Shown: positions 50,800 to 61,410 of the stretch, piece after piece
Layout: each line of letters begins with the position of its first letter
How positions within the stretch are numbered: the stretch's first letter is position 1
Origin: Eledone cirrhosa
Taxonomy: Eukaryota
Direction of reading: 5' to 3'
Assembly: GCA_964016885.1 (NCBI GenBank)
Contig: OZ024741.1
Location: 363,568,001-363,632,000 of the forward strand
DNA: 64,000 bases
Program-made: the position numbers and the translations under genes
The notes under the pieces: model-generated
The model's database searches: none
Seen by the model: the letters and a program-made list of their open reading frames with translations, nothing else
What the model was told of the DNA's origin: nothing

Positions 50800-52985
50800 C
50801 AGAAAAACATACCACTCATGTCCTCCGCTTCCCACCAGGATCCAAACTTTATGGTTGCCACTGTAAACGTTGGCACAATGAAAGGTAAGTTAGGAGAGAT
50901 TATGGAGATGCTAGAGCAGAGATTTGTAGATGTTTGCAGTGTGCTTGAGGTAAGATGGAAAGTAGGTTCAGCCAGACTCATAACAAAGAACGCGTACATT
51001 TTCTTCTGGACGGGTAGCAACAATGGAGTAGGTAGAGTAGGAATGCTGCTGGCAGAAAAATGGGTTCATAAGTTAATCAAGGTAGTCAGAGTGAATAATA
51101 GGATAATTAAACTTAGATTAACCTTACGGGATATAACAGCTATCATAATCTTCACACATAGTGATGTGATGGTGGAATGATAGAGTAGAGAGAGCCATAA
51201 AAACAAAAATTCAAGCCTGGAGAAACTGGGAAATAGAGCAATGCCAAATAACTAGAAGAGAAGCAGGCACCAGGTATATATAAGCAGAGATGAAGTTTGC
51301 ATAGATTGTATGTTGTGAGGATCAGTGGCATGAAGTGTTCTGGATTGTGAGATTGTTCTAGAGAAAACCAAGATGTAACAGGAGAAAAGTGTGCCTGAAA
51401 AGATAGTGGAGCACTTGTCCTATCTGATGCCAAAAAGAAAGACGAGGAAGTCCTACTATGAGAAACTGCTGAACAAAGAGAATAAATGGGACAGTGAGAG
51501 CCTAACCAATGCTGACCTTACTGAGGGACAAGCTATAAAAGTTGACAACAATGTGATAATTAAAGCAATTAAGGATATGAGGAGAGGGAAAGCAGCTGGA
51601 CCATCCGGTATAGTTGCTGAGATGCTAAAAACATTCAACATGGTAGGCTGAGCTAGTCAGATGCATTATTAATTAAGTAGTACAGGATAGTGTCAGACTG
51701 ATGATTAGTACAACAGGCATCATTGTGAACTGCCACAAGAGAAAAGGAGATACACTAGAAATAGGTAACAACATAGGTATGAAGCTGATGGATGAGGCCA
51801 TGAAAGTTACAGAAAGGGTTATATACCAACCTACTAGAGACAGAATTAAGTTAGATGTCAGGTATGGGTACTACCAATGTCTGTTTCTGGTGAGACAACT
51901 CCCCCAGTCTGTAATTTGGTGAATGCTAAGGAAGCTAGGTGTAGATGAAGGGCTTATGAGGGCGATGCAAGTCAGCAAAGTGAGAGTTGGCAATAAGTAA
52001 AGTGATAAATTTGAAGTGCAGGTGAGGGTCCACCAGGGCTTGGTCCTCAGCCAACATCTGTTTGTTATTGTCCTTCAAGTCATTACAGAGGAGTTTAAAA
52101 TTTGCCCTCGATGAGAACTCCTGCTGATGAGCTAGTCCTTATAGCTGAATCCATGTGAGAGTTAGAGGCAAAATAGCAGTCACGGAAGAAAAACCTAGAA
52201 TTGAAAGGCCTATAAATATATTTAGCAAATAAGTAGAAATTGCTCGATGTGTTAGAAAGGGGTGAGCAGAAACTCCATAAGGATGCACCAGAGATGTAGT
52301 TGGATTGTAGGCAGATTAACAAATAGATTTTGTGTGCAGCATATGCACAGAAGTAAGCCACAAGAGCACACAAGAAATAGATTCTCTCAGTTGCTAAGGG
52401 GGTTCCCTAGAAGTTATTGACAGCTTTTGTTACCAAGGGGACCTAATCAGTATTGTGATAAGATGCTTGGAAAGTGTGAATGATAGCCTGGGTAAGAATG
52501 GGCTGAAAGATGTTTAGGGAGTTGATACCTCTGCTGGCAACAAAAGGCTTCTATCTTAGAGTGACGGGTAGACTGTATGATGCCAGCATACCAACTGTAA
52601 TGCTACATAGCAGTGAGACAAGGGCCATGACTGCAGAAAACCTGCAAAGGCTAGAAAAAATGGAGTATGCTCTGATGCACGTGTATGAACAGCATAATAT
52701 AAGCAAGCTGAGAGTAAAACTTTGTATTAGGCGAATTGGATGTAGTGTGTAAAAGAGAAGACTGTACTGGTATGGATATATGATGCATATGGAGGATGAC
52801 AGCTGTATTAAGAAATGCAGAGAAATCTCGGCGGTGGGACTCTTAGAAGAAGCTGACTCAGGAGGACATGGGATGAGGTAGTGAGGACTGACCTTAAAAA
52901 GCTGAACTTCACAATGGAGATGAGAAAGGACCACAATGATTGGCAACATGCTGTGCTAGTGAAGACTTGCATACCACCCTAAAAT
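50800..52985 (+). mobile_element. Decayed, internally deleted RTE LINE (APE endonuclease, RT, C-terminus)
   Basis: VATVNVGTMKGK...DVCSVLEVRW...GVGRVGMLL (APE), GKAAGPSGIVAEML (RT N-terminal region) and LHSSET (C-terminus), with multiple stops. Confidence 0.9.
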
Positions 52986-53002
52986 GCGACATGACCTGAT
53001 CC

Positions 53003-53200
53003 ATTGGCTTGATTTCTATGGCTGGATGCCCTTCCTAACGCCAATCCCATTTACATTGTGTGCTGGGTGCTCTTTCTCGTGACACCTATAGGACCACTTT
53101 ACAGTGTGGACTGGGTGCTTTTCGTCATGACACCTACACTACCACTTAATAGTGTGGGCTGGGCACTTTTGTCATGGTTCCAGGGGGACCACTTTATGGT
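53003..53200 (-). repeat. SINE tail fragment with three diverged ~47-bp tandem copies
   Basis: ACCACTTTACAGTGTGGACTGGGTGCTTTTCGTCATGACACCTA-like unit three times; homologous to 48680-48780. Confidence 0.7.
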
Positions 53201-54087
53201 GTTGGTTGGGGACTTAGGTGGGGTGGATTGGGGAAGATGCTTGGGGATTTGGGGACGTAGGTAGAGGGGTGGGATGATTACAGCAAGGGAGGTGTATGAG
53301 GAGGGAGATGGTAAGGGAAAGTGTTGTCTAGATACATGCCTCAATGATTATACATAATACACCTTCATTAATGTGCGTGTGCTCAGAGAATAAATTATTC
53401 TCAGACGCTCTATCTACAAGAAAAAACAAAACAAACAATACTGAAGTTTGCGTTAACATATTTAATGAAAAAAAGCTAACTTGAAAAAACGTGGTAAATA
53501 AAACAGACTAATATTGTTTTGCTTTAAGAATAATTTACACTGGGGTCATTAATAGGGTTGTACGCCAACAAACGTATATTGTTAGTGTCCTCATTGCTAC
53601 TACAGTGAAGGCTATGCTTCAGTAACGAGGTCATAACAGCGAAACATGCCTAGAGTTGTCTCCCATACTTACCGAGATAATTAAAATATTAGTCAATGAT
53701 TAATACACATTTTTTCTTCCTCCCAACATAGCTTTTTTAGTTAACTTTTTGACGGCCACTCCATTAAATATGTTCACATACCCCCCCCCCCCCCACACAC
53801 ACACACGGTAAATAGGTGGTGAGAGGGAAAGAAGAAACGGAAAAGCATTTGTTTTCTACATGACAAAAGGAAAAGATTATGTAAATTATTCTGGACAAAG
53901 GTAATCAAAGAATTTCATTCATGAACTAAGGAAGCAGAAAAAATGCTGGGTTTTAATTAAAAAAACAAATGAAAACAACAAAGGACACGATCGATAACTC
54001 TCATATCAATTACCAATAAGGCATTAACATTTATGCAATCTTGAGTTTTGATTGACGAATTCCACCCACTCAAATACATAGTCGTTA

Positions 54088-54185
54088 TAATTGTTTCTAC
54101 TTTAGGCACAAGGCCAGCAATTACCCAGTACATTACTGGTACTTTATTTTATCGACCCCGTCAGGATGAAAGGCAAAGTTAACCT
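54088..54185 (-). mobile_element. Truncated Nin-like SINE
   Basis: Near-identical to 45275-45372. Flanked by the direct repeat TAGTCGTTATAAT. Confidence 0.85.
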
Positions 54186-54639
54186 AGTCGTTATAATGTT
54201 CAACAAAAACAATATTTGCAATTCTCTCGATTCGAAATGAATATTTCAAAATCTACTACGTGTGTGTGATGGAGTTGTCTTCGCGTCAAAACCGTTCTAT
54301 GTCATATCTATTAGACATAACGATCATCTATCTACCTGAAGAACAGATTAAGTTCGCATGGGGCCCCTGACTAAAAATTTCATAGTGGCCCTTGTGTATT
54401 ATTTACGGTAGCAAACACATTCATTTGGCGGAGGTCTTAAATATCATTGGAGCCCTTGCTACAACCAGTTCATTCCCTACTTATCTATTTATCTATCTGT
54501 AGTTGTTTATTTTCAAATTAGACTAAATTCGCTGAGTTATTTGATAAATTAACGAAACAGATATAAAAGAAAGTTGGTCGATTAAAAAAAAATTAATTTC
54601 GGTATATAATCTAATACAATAGTAATTGAAATATACATT

Positions 54640-54862
54640 CGGCAAAGACGGAAGGAGGGAACCTCTGAAATACCGTGATTTATCGGTAAACTACATTTTT
54701 CAGCCTGCGACACTCGGACGGAGCTGGGCCACTGACAACGAGGTTTTTGTCATTGTTGGCGGCTTAGCCTTACTAAAGAATCAGGTGACGCTCCTGTGAG
54801 CTTGGCTATTCCAATGCCTCAGCCTCGCTATCACCGCGACAACGCTGTATGTTAGCTTGCCT
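54640..54862 (+). mobile_element. 3' remnant of a CRE-like (restriction-like endonuclease) non-LTR retrotransposon
   Basis: Translated pieces KYRDLSVNYIFQP...TLG...AWLFQCLSLAI..RDNA match the KY..L...F.P...ETLG...LFQRLS.AI.RGNA pattern of CRE C-termini. Confidence 0.6.
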
Positions 54863-55494
54863 CAACACTTTTTAGAGAAAAACACCAGTATTCATTGTTA
54901 TAGTGTGTAATAGAGCGTGCACATTTCTCCTTTTTTCTTGCTAATTTTTATTCATTTGTTACTTTTGCAAATCATATATATCATATGAGTGTGATTATAT
55001 TACAATATGTTATTTTTTTTGTGTAATAAAATAATAATGTTTGATTCGGTAAATACGAACAGGTGCTTCTCGAGATCTGTTCTTATAATCTTATGATTTA
55101 TACAAACAAATGAGTGCGTGAAATATATTGTAGAGGGAATAATTATCAGGAAGTGTTATTATTATTGACAGATTTGCTTTAAAACAGTAATCAGACAATA
55201 TATATAAAAGAGAAAGGTCAAGACCTTATAAACGTAGTTTCTGTAGACAAAATAATCATAAACAAAGAGGAAGCGTCAGCTTACTGAATTAAAGAACAAT
55301 AACAAACAAAAGATAAAGAATTCTTTGCGTATTTACCTTATTTCTTTGCTATATGTACAAGATAATGTTTCTATATATCAATGGGGATGTTTTTAGTTGT
55401 TTAAAATAGAATTACAAAGGCAAAATTCATAAATTCATTGCTTCAAAATACATTTCCTGTTCATAATATAAAGGAAAAACGGGGTAAAAAAAAT

Positions 55495-55590
55495 TTGACC
55501 TCGTCGTTTGTTTACTTTTGAAGCGCGCGCGGGGCACCGGCTATTTCCGGTTGAAATTTATTTCAATTTTTACTGATCACGTGTAAGGTT
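55495..55590. promoter_or_regulatory. Candidate promoter (CpG-rich patch)
   Basis: GCGCGCGCGGGGCACCGG, ETS-like TTCCGG and E-box CACGTG within very AT-rich unique sequence. Confidence 0.4.
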
Positions 55591-55830
55591 AGGAGAAATA
55601 TATCTTATATCTGTGGAACATCTGAAGTAAAAAAAAATGTCTTCATAATTAGCTGAATTTATAAATAAACTGGATTTTATCGTGGGATAGAGAGAATTTT
55701 TTGAAATCTGTCTAAAATCATCAATATAATTCATAAGAAAAAAGAGACGGTGCTAATAATATGAACTTCCTTTTGCACTTTCAATCCGAGTAGCCTTTCC
55801 TTTAATAAATTGACACAATCCGTCTTTTAA

Positions 55831-56049
55831 CCCTTTTATTACCATATTTCTAATGACAGACATTGTAGGATTTTCAAATAATTTTGAAAACATTCAAGAA
55901 TTTGGAAGGATTTTAATTTTTATGTTTGCAGTTTAGCTTAACAAAAGTTCTTGTATATGATTACGGCGTACGGCTTTTAGATAAATATAAACACTTTAAA
56001 ACAAATAGGTGTGTATTGTGGAACTAGCAATGAGTTAGTATCGAAAGGG
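55831..56049. mobile_element. Degenerate piggyBac-type MITE
   Basis: TTAA|CCCTTTTATTAC ... GTATCGAAAGGG|TTCA. Confidence 0.55.
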
Positions 56050-56224
56050 TTCAGTGATATTTTAAAGTTATAATCAAAATAGTAGTCATTTTGACATTTC
56101 TAAAATATATTATACCTTTCTTATTACTTAGACTTGAATATAGAATTTAGTCTTTTTTGAAAATTAAAATAAAGCAGCAAATTGCAACTAACACACACAC
56201 ACACACACACAGATATAATGCCCT

Positions 56225-56378
56225 TCTCAATGTGGTTGGTGTTGATGTTAGAAAGATTTCCAGTCATAGAAGCCATGCCAAAAATGGAATGTACAAACAA
56301 GACGACCCATTTAGTCTTGGACGGTGATGACCCATACAACCTGTGTCAGCATAGAAAATTGATGTAAAATGATGATGG
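56225..56378 (+). mobile_element. Old SINE 3' fragment with an RTE-type tail
   Basis: Ends CAGCATAGAAAATTGATGTAAAATGATGATG, like the RTE end at 44270-44317. Confidence 0.6.
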
Positions 56379-56584
56379 ATAGAAGAGGAGAAAGAGAAAG
56401 AAATAATAAATTCTTTGTTTGGTGGGTGGGAAGAAGAGGACAAGAAAATTGGGGAAATATTTGACGTTTTTAAAGGGGGTATTTAGAAAGAAGCTAATGG
56501 AAAATTAACAACTATTTAACACCACTTTATATTATATCTGTTTATGCTTTCGTTCTGTAAGCATTGTATTATTATATCTTTGAA

Positions 56585-56778
56585 GGCGGTGGATTGGCAG
56601 TATTGGTAGAGGGTCAGACGCCAGGTTTCGCATCATACAGTTACGGCCCTTTACGGTCTGAGTTCAAATCCCGTCGAGGTTAGCTTTGCCTTTCATCTTT
56701 ACGGGGTCGATAAAATAAAGTACCAGTAATGCACTGGTGTAATTGATGGCCTTGTGCCAAAATTAGAAACAATTATTA
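56585..56778 (+). mobile_element. Full-length Nin-like tRNA-derived SINE
   Basis: TGGCAGTATTGG A-box, GAGTTCAAATCC B-box, central GCCTTTCATC...GGGGTCGATAAAA, AT-rich tail. Confidence 0.88.
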
Positions 56779-57469
56779 TATCTCTTTTTTTATACAACAG
56801 TGAAGAAAATCTTTTTAAACTACACTTCCATGTAGATGCTGGAAATATTTTAAACCAAAGAAAAAATAAGAAAAGGGCAGGAACGTATGTGAGATGTGAT
56901 TCCCCAGTTAGCCTGAGATGTCTGTAGCTCTAAATAAGTACTGACTTGGTCTGTGACATCTCGTCCAAACCTTGTTAGCAGGGAAACGGATAGTTAATGA
57001 TGAGACATGTCTTGGGTCGATCATTTTTTCTTTGTTTTTCTCTTACTCTTTCTCTCTTTTTCCTGGAATTATATATGTTGCCCTGTAAGAAGGGTCATGG
57101 AAAACTGCCCACAGCATCCCTCCCTCAGTGAAGGGTAAGCAATTTCTTCTCATAGAAAAACCGATATACTTCTGGAATCATCCAAGGATTGCTCGATATG
57201 CAGTAAGGCACACAACAGAAACCATGAAAAGGAATGTGACACTATGCACATACTGTACTTTTTCAAATGTCTAGTTGTTTCTGTATATCTGTGGATTTTG
57301 ATGGGAGTTACAGTGGAGGCAGAGGAAGTGGATATAGCCAGAGCACAATATCTACTGTTCCTCTACACCAGAGGTTCCAAAACCTTTTTTAGACTAGTGT
57401 CCCCTTTTTAAAAATATATATTCCATCAGCACCCCTCACTGTAAAGTTGATAAAAGATTATAGATTGAA

Positions 57470-57786
57470 AACTAAATTCTCAAATATCAAGAATTATTGG
57501 AAAATTATTTTTTCCAGCCTGTGTTCAAGACATTTTTGGGGAGTCAAGGCCACTGAAACAAAGTTCTTGTCATTGTTGGTGGCTTATCTTACTGAGGTAT
57601 AATGTGATTCCCATGATGATGCTTGGTTATTCCAACACCTTAACCAGCAGCAATGCTATGATTGTGTTGGCTTGCATAATTCTATTACTATACATGCACC
57701 TTTGATGAGTTGTAATGCACCTGAGCACTGTACACAATAATTTTCATTATTATAAAACAATTATTATTATTATTATTATTATTATT
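57470..57786 (+). mobile_element. Second CRE-like 3' remnant with (ATT)n tail
   Basis: KYQELLENYFFQPV...AWLFQHL; homologous to 54668-54860. Confidence 0.55.
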
Positions 57787-59103
57787 TCATAAAAAATTAA
57801 GATGCTCCAGTACCCCTTGTAATGGTGTGATTTAGTGTGTGGGTCCTCCCCCCACCTTTTTCTTCTTTATTATTCTCTCCTTTTTCTTCCTTATTATTTC
57901 TCCCACTTTTTCTTTGTTTTTTTTTTAGTACTATATATAGTTACATAATCTCATTATATAAATTACATTGACTCATTCAATTTTGATAAGTTTTAGAAAT
58001 TTTGTTTAAGTATTTATTGAATAACTAAAAGTTACAGTTTAATTAGCAAGTACTAATTTATATGTTTTGCCACTTTCCTCCCTCAACCACTTCTTGTCTT
58101 CCAATGATTCCCTATCCCCCCTTGCTTTCTAATGAACTTCTTGTGTTACCCAACACCCTTAATGTGGTGATTGCACCTACTTTAGGAATCACTGTTCACT
58201 TATTATTGGTGGTGTACATCCCAACATTCAATGTGGGCTGATGACGTTATTGATACTGCAAATTTCTTTATTCTTGTTTATGCTGAGTAGGAGAAATAGT
58301 GTTTTTTTTAATGTTCTATGTCTATTGTAGTGCTCTCTGGTAGTGTATATGTGTCTCTGTGTTTCAAGAAGAGGTTTGAGTGGCAACAAAAGTTGTCTGC
58401 CACACCTTTTATTCTTAGGTTTAGTTTATGTTTGACATAAATACCTCTATACTATAGGTTCTTTTAGTAGGTGGTTAGGTAAGGGTACTTAATACTGGAA
58501 TTGCATATCGGCTAAGTCGGAAGCAGCCCAGGGCCTCATAGTCCAGGGGCTTTCATTCTTTTTAATTATATATTAAGATATAGCTATGACACATGACATT
58601 TTTATTAAAACAAAATATTGTAATTGTTATTGAATACATTTCCTTTTCTTTTGGTGTCCCCTGTTTCAAGCACCCTTCTATGCGTAAGCCTATATTCACA
58701 TACTTTTAATTTTCATTAAGTTTCTTGCGAACAGGTGTTTGAGGTTTCACATATTCTCTAGCTCAGAGCCCTTAATTGCTTTAATCAAGTCCTGGGGGTA
58801 TTTGTATTCTGATGAACAGTTGTGAAACATGAGAAGGCAATCCTTAGAATTTTTTCCTTGTACATTTATTCAAGTTTTCATAGCAAGACTTGTAATTTAA
58901 AAACTAGGTATAGCTAAATTGAATTTTCCTAATACACTGTACTGTGTATAAATAGATAATACATATGTAAGTAATGTTCCATCCATGGTTTCTACCATTT
59001 CCTCTCTACCTTTTGTATCAGACTATAATACATGTCTGCTCATCTCCTCTCTGATCAATCTTGTCTTTATAATTCCTACTTGATGTATAAAGTTTCTGAT
59101 TCA

Positions 59104-59412
59104 TAAAGGGTAAAGACCCCCTTCAGTCATAAATGACCATGGGACTTGCACCTAGAAAGTTCCCCTCCTAGGCACAAGTCCGGGCAAGGTTATTTGTAGA
59201 AGAGTAACAGTCGGCCATGCATACCAGCCTCCATTCACCATGTCACTGATGTCCAAGGGAAAAGGAAAGGCCGATACAGTTTGGCACCAGTGACGTTGCA
59301 ATTTATTTCTGCAGTTGAGTAAACTGGAACAAAGTGAAATGAAGTGTCTTGCTCAAGGACACAACCTCACAATTTTAAACCCAATGCTGCTAATCACTAA
59401 GTCATGCACTTT
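59104..59412 (-). mobile_element. SINE sharing its head with the 48614/50201 copies but with a different 3' half
   Basis: GAGTAAACTGGA..AA.GTGAAAT.AAGTGTCTTGCTCAAGGA shared. 3' end reads GGGGGTCTTTACCCTTT on the minus strand. Confidence 0.75.
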
Positions 59413-59599
59413 CAAAGTTTCTCATTTATACACTTATTAAAATTCAAATTTTTGTCTCTGTATTCATATTGAAAAATCTGGCCATTATGTCTTGCAATAA
59501 AAAAAAAAGAAAGAAAAAGTACCAAAAACTTAGCAGCACTTGTTAGTGTGTCTGAAGGAGAGGGGGATAATTTCAAACAATTAAAAATAAACTTGGTTT

Positions 59600-60200
59600 G
59601 AATTGTACTCTCACCACCAATACTTATTTTATTAATCCCAGAAGAATGAAAGGCAAAGTTAATTTAGCCAGAATTGAATTCAGAAAATTAAGTATCTTAT
59701 CTAAATGCCAACATATATTTTGGACAGTGCTCTTCAGTCTCTGCTATATAGTGTTAACAATGTACACAAATGTTCATAGGCAAGGTATTTTTGATTCAAT
59801 TCACCCTTGAGCTTAACTTTATTGATAGTGGAAGGATGAAAGAATAAGTTGACCTCAATGGGATTTAAACCCAGAATGTATGGGTATCAAAACTGAAAGA
59901 TATTTTAACCAGTGCTACTTTTGCTATCCAGGGTGAGCTTGCAGAGTTGTTAGAGTATAGATTAAAGTGCTTTGCGGTATTTGTTAGGGCTCTCTATTCT
60001 CTAAATTCAAATCCTGTTGAGATCAACTTTGCTTTTTATCCTTTTAGGTTTTAGGGTTAATAAAATAAAATACCAGTCCAGGGTGATAGATTAACAAAAT
60101 TGTTAGGACGTTGGATGAGATGCCTTGCAGTATTTGTTCCAGCACTTTGTAGTCTCACTTTAAATCCTACTGCGGCCAACTTAGGTGGTCGACTTAATCC
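59600..60200. mobile_element. Cluster of old Nin-like SINE fragments on both strands
   Basis: Repeated ATGAAAGGCAAAGTT / AACTTTGCTTTTTATCC and TTCAAATCC motifs. Confidence 0.65.
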
Positions 60201-60501
60201 ATCACCTGGTTTAACAGCACCACTTAGCCCTTGGATACCTTTAGCTGAGTCATTCTGTTCCAACAATTCAGACCAAGTCTTTGATTGTTGGATGCATGCT
60301 TCCTTTTCACTGATCAATATCAGAGTTCCTAAAAAGAATAATGGGCCCCTCCCCTCCCGATGGTCATTTATATACATATGTATTACAAGCAAATAGACGT
60401 GTGTGTGTGTGTGTATGAGTGCGCTATTATAGTTGTTGTTATTTAAGCCCATGTCAGAAATCAACTGTACTATTTCAAGCAGGTTAAGTGACCATGTAGA
60501 G

Positions 60502-60712
60502 CAGGCATGTCACACATGCGGCCCTTTACAAGCACACCTGCGGCCCTTTACAAGCACACCTGCGGCCCGCACAAAGGTTTTTACAGCGCGAGCGTAATAT
60601 AAAAAAAAAAAATATTAGTTGAAATGTGCGCAATTAGTTGTCATGTGTGGCCCTCAGACAACACATATGTGACCCATGTGGCTCTCAGGGGACCCTCACT
60701 TTGACATACCTG
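60502..60712. mobile_element. hAT/Charlie-type MITE
   Basis: TIRs CAGGCATGTCA / TGACATACCTG, subterminal GCGGCCC repeats, partial TSD (ATG)TAGAG, internal ~22-bp duplication. Confidence 0.75.
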
Positions 60713-61054
60713 TAGAGGCTCCTATGATGGATTGTGATATGTTGGTGTTATTTTTAACTCCAGATCAGTCTTGATATAGCTGATCCATAGGCATTTAACA
60801 TGTAACATCATGTATACATTCAAGACATATTGTAATGTAGGCCTTATCGAGTATGTCTTTCCATATATAAGATGATGGGGGGTATGATTTGAAGAAAACT
60901 CTGGCTGTTGTATGTGTGTGTGTATGTGTGTGCGTGCGTGCATGTGTGCTTGCATGTATATGTGTGTGTGGTATATAGATATAGATGGTATATAATATTA
61001 AATAGCAAATTTTAGATAAGTTTGCATGATCTGGCAAAAAGTAAATAAATAAAA

Positions 61055-61258
61055 TAATTGTTCTTTTTAACAATGTCACAAAGGCAGCAATTTTTGGGAG
61101 AGAGGAAAGTTGATTTAATCTACTCCAAGAGATTAGTACTTTATTTTATAGAACCCCAAGATGGATGAAAGGCAAAGTTGACTTGAACAGAGTTTGAACC
61201 CGTTATGTAAAGAGTTAAATATCTTAAAGCCTGACATGCTAACGATTTTGCTAACACT
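61055..61258 (-). mobile_element. Old Nin-like SINE
   Basis: GTACTTTATTTTATAGAACCCC...GATGAAAGGCAAAGTTGAC...TTTGAACC. Confidence 0.7.
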
Positions 61259-61410
61259 CTCAAAAACCACAATCATAATAACAGCCCAAATGTGGCTGAT
61301 GCAAACAGAAACAATCCTTATAAAAATAAATGATTTGGGAATGATTAAAACTAAAATAAACATCTACTAATATAATAGCCTTGTGTATTTGTCCGTCACA
61401 CAGTAAAGAT

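Noticed and set aside
57369-58194. hAT element bounded by CAGAGGTTCCAAAAC ... TTTAGGAATCACTG
   Set aside because: TIR-like ends are degenerate and no 8-bp TSD is visible, so it was not called.
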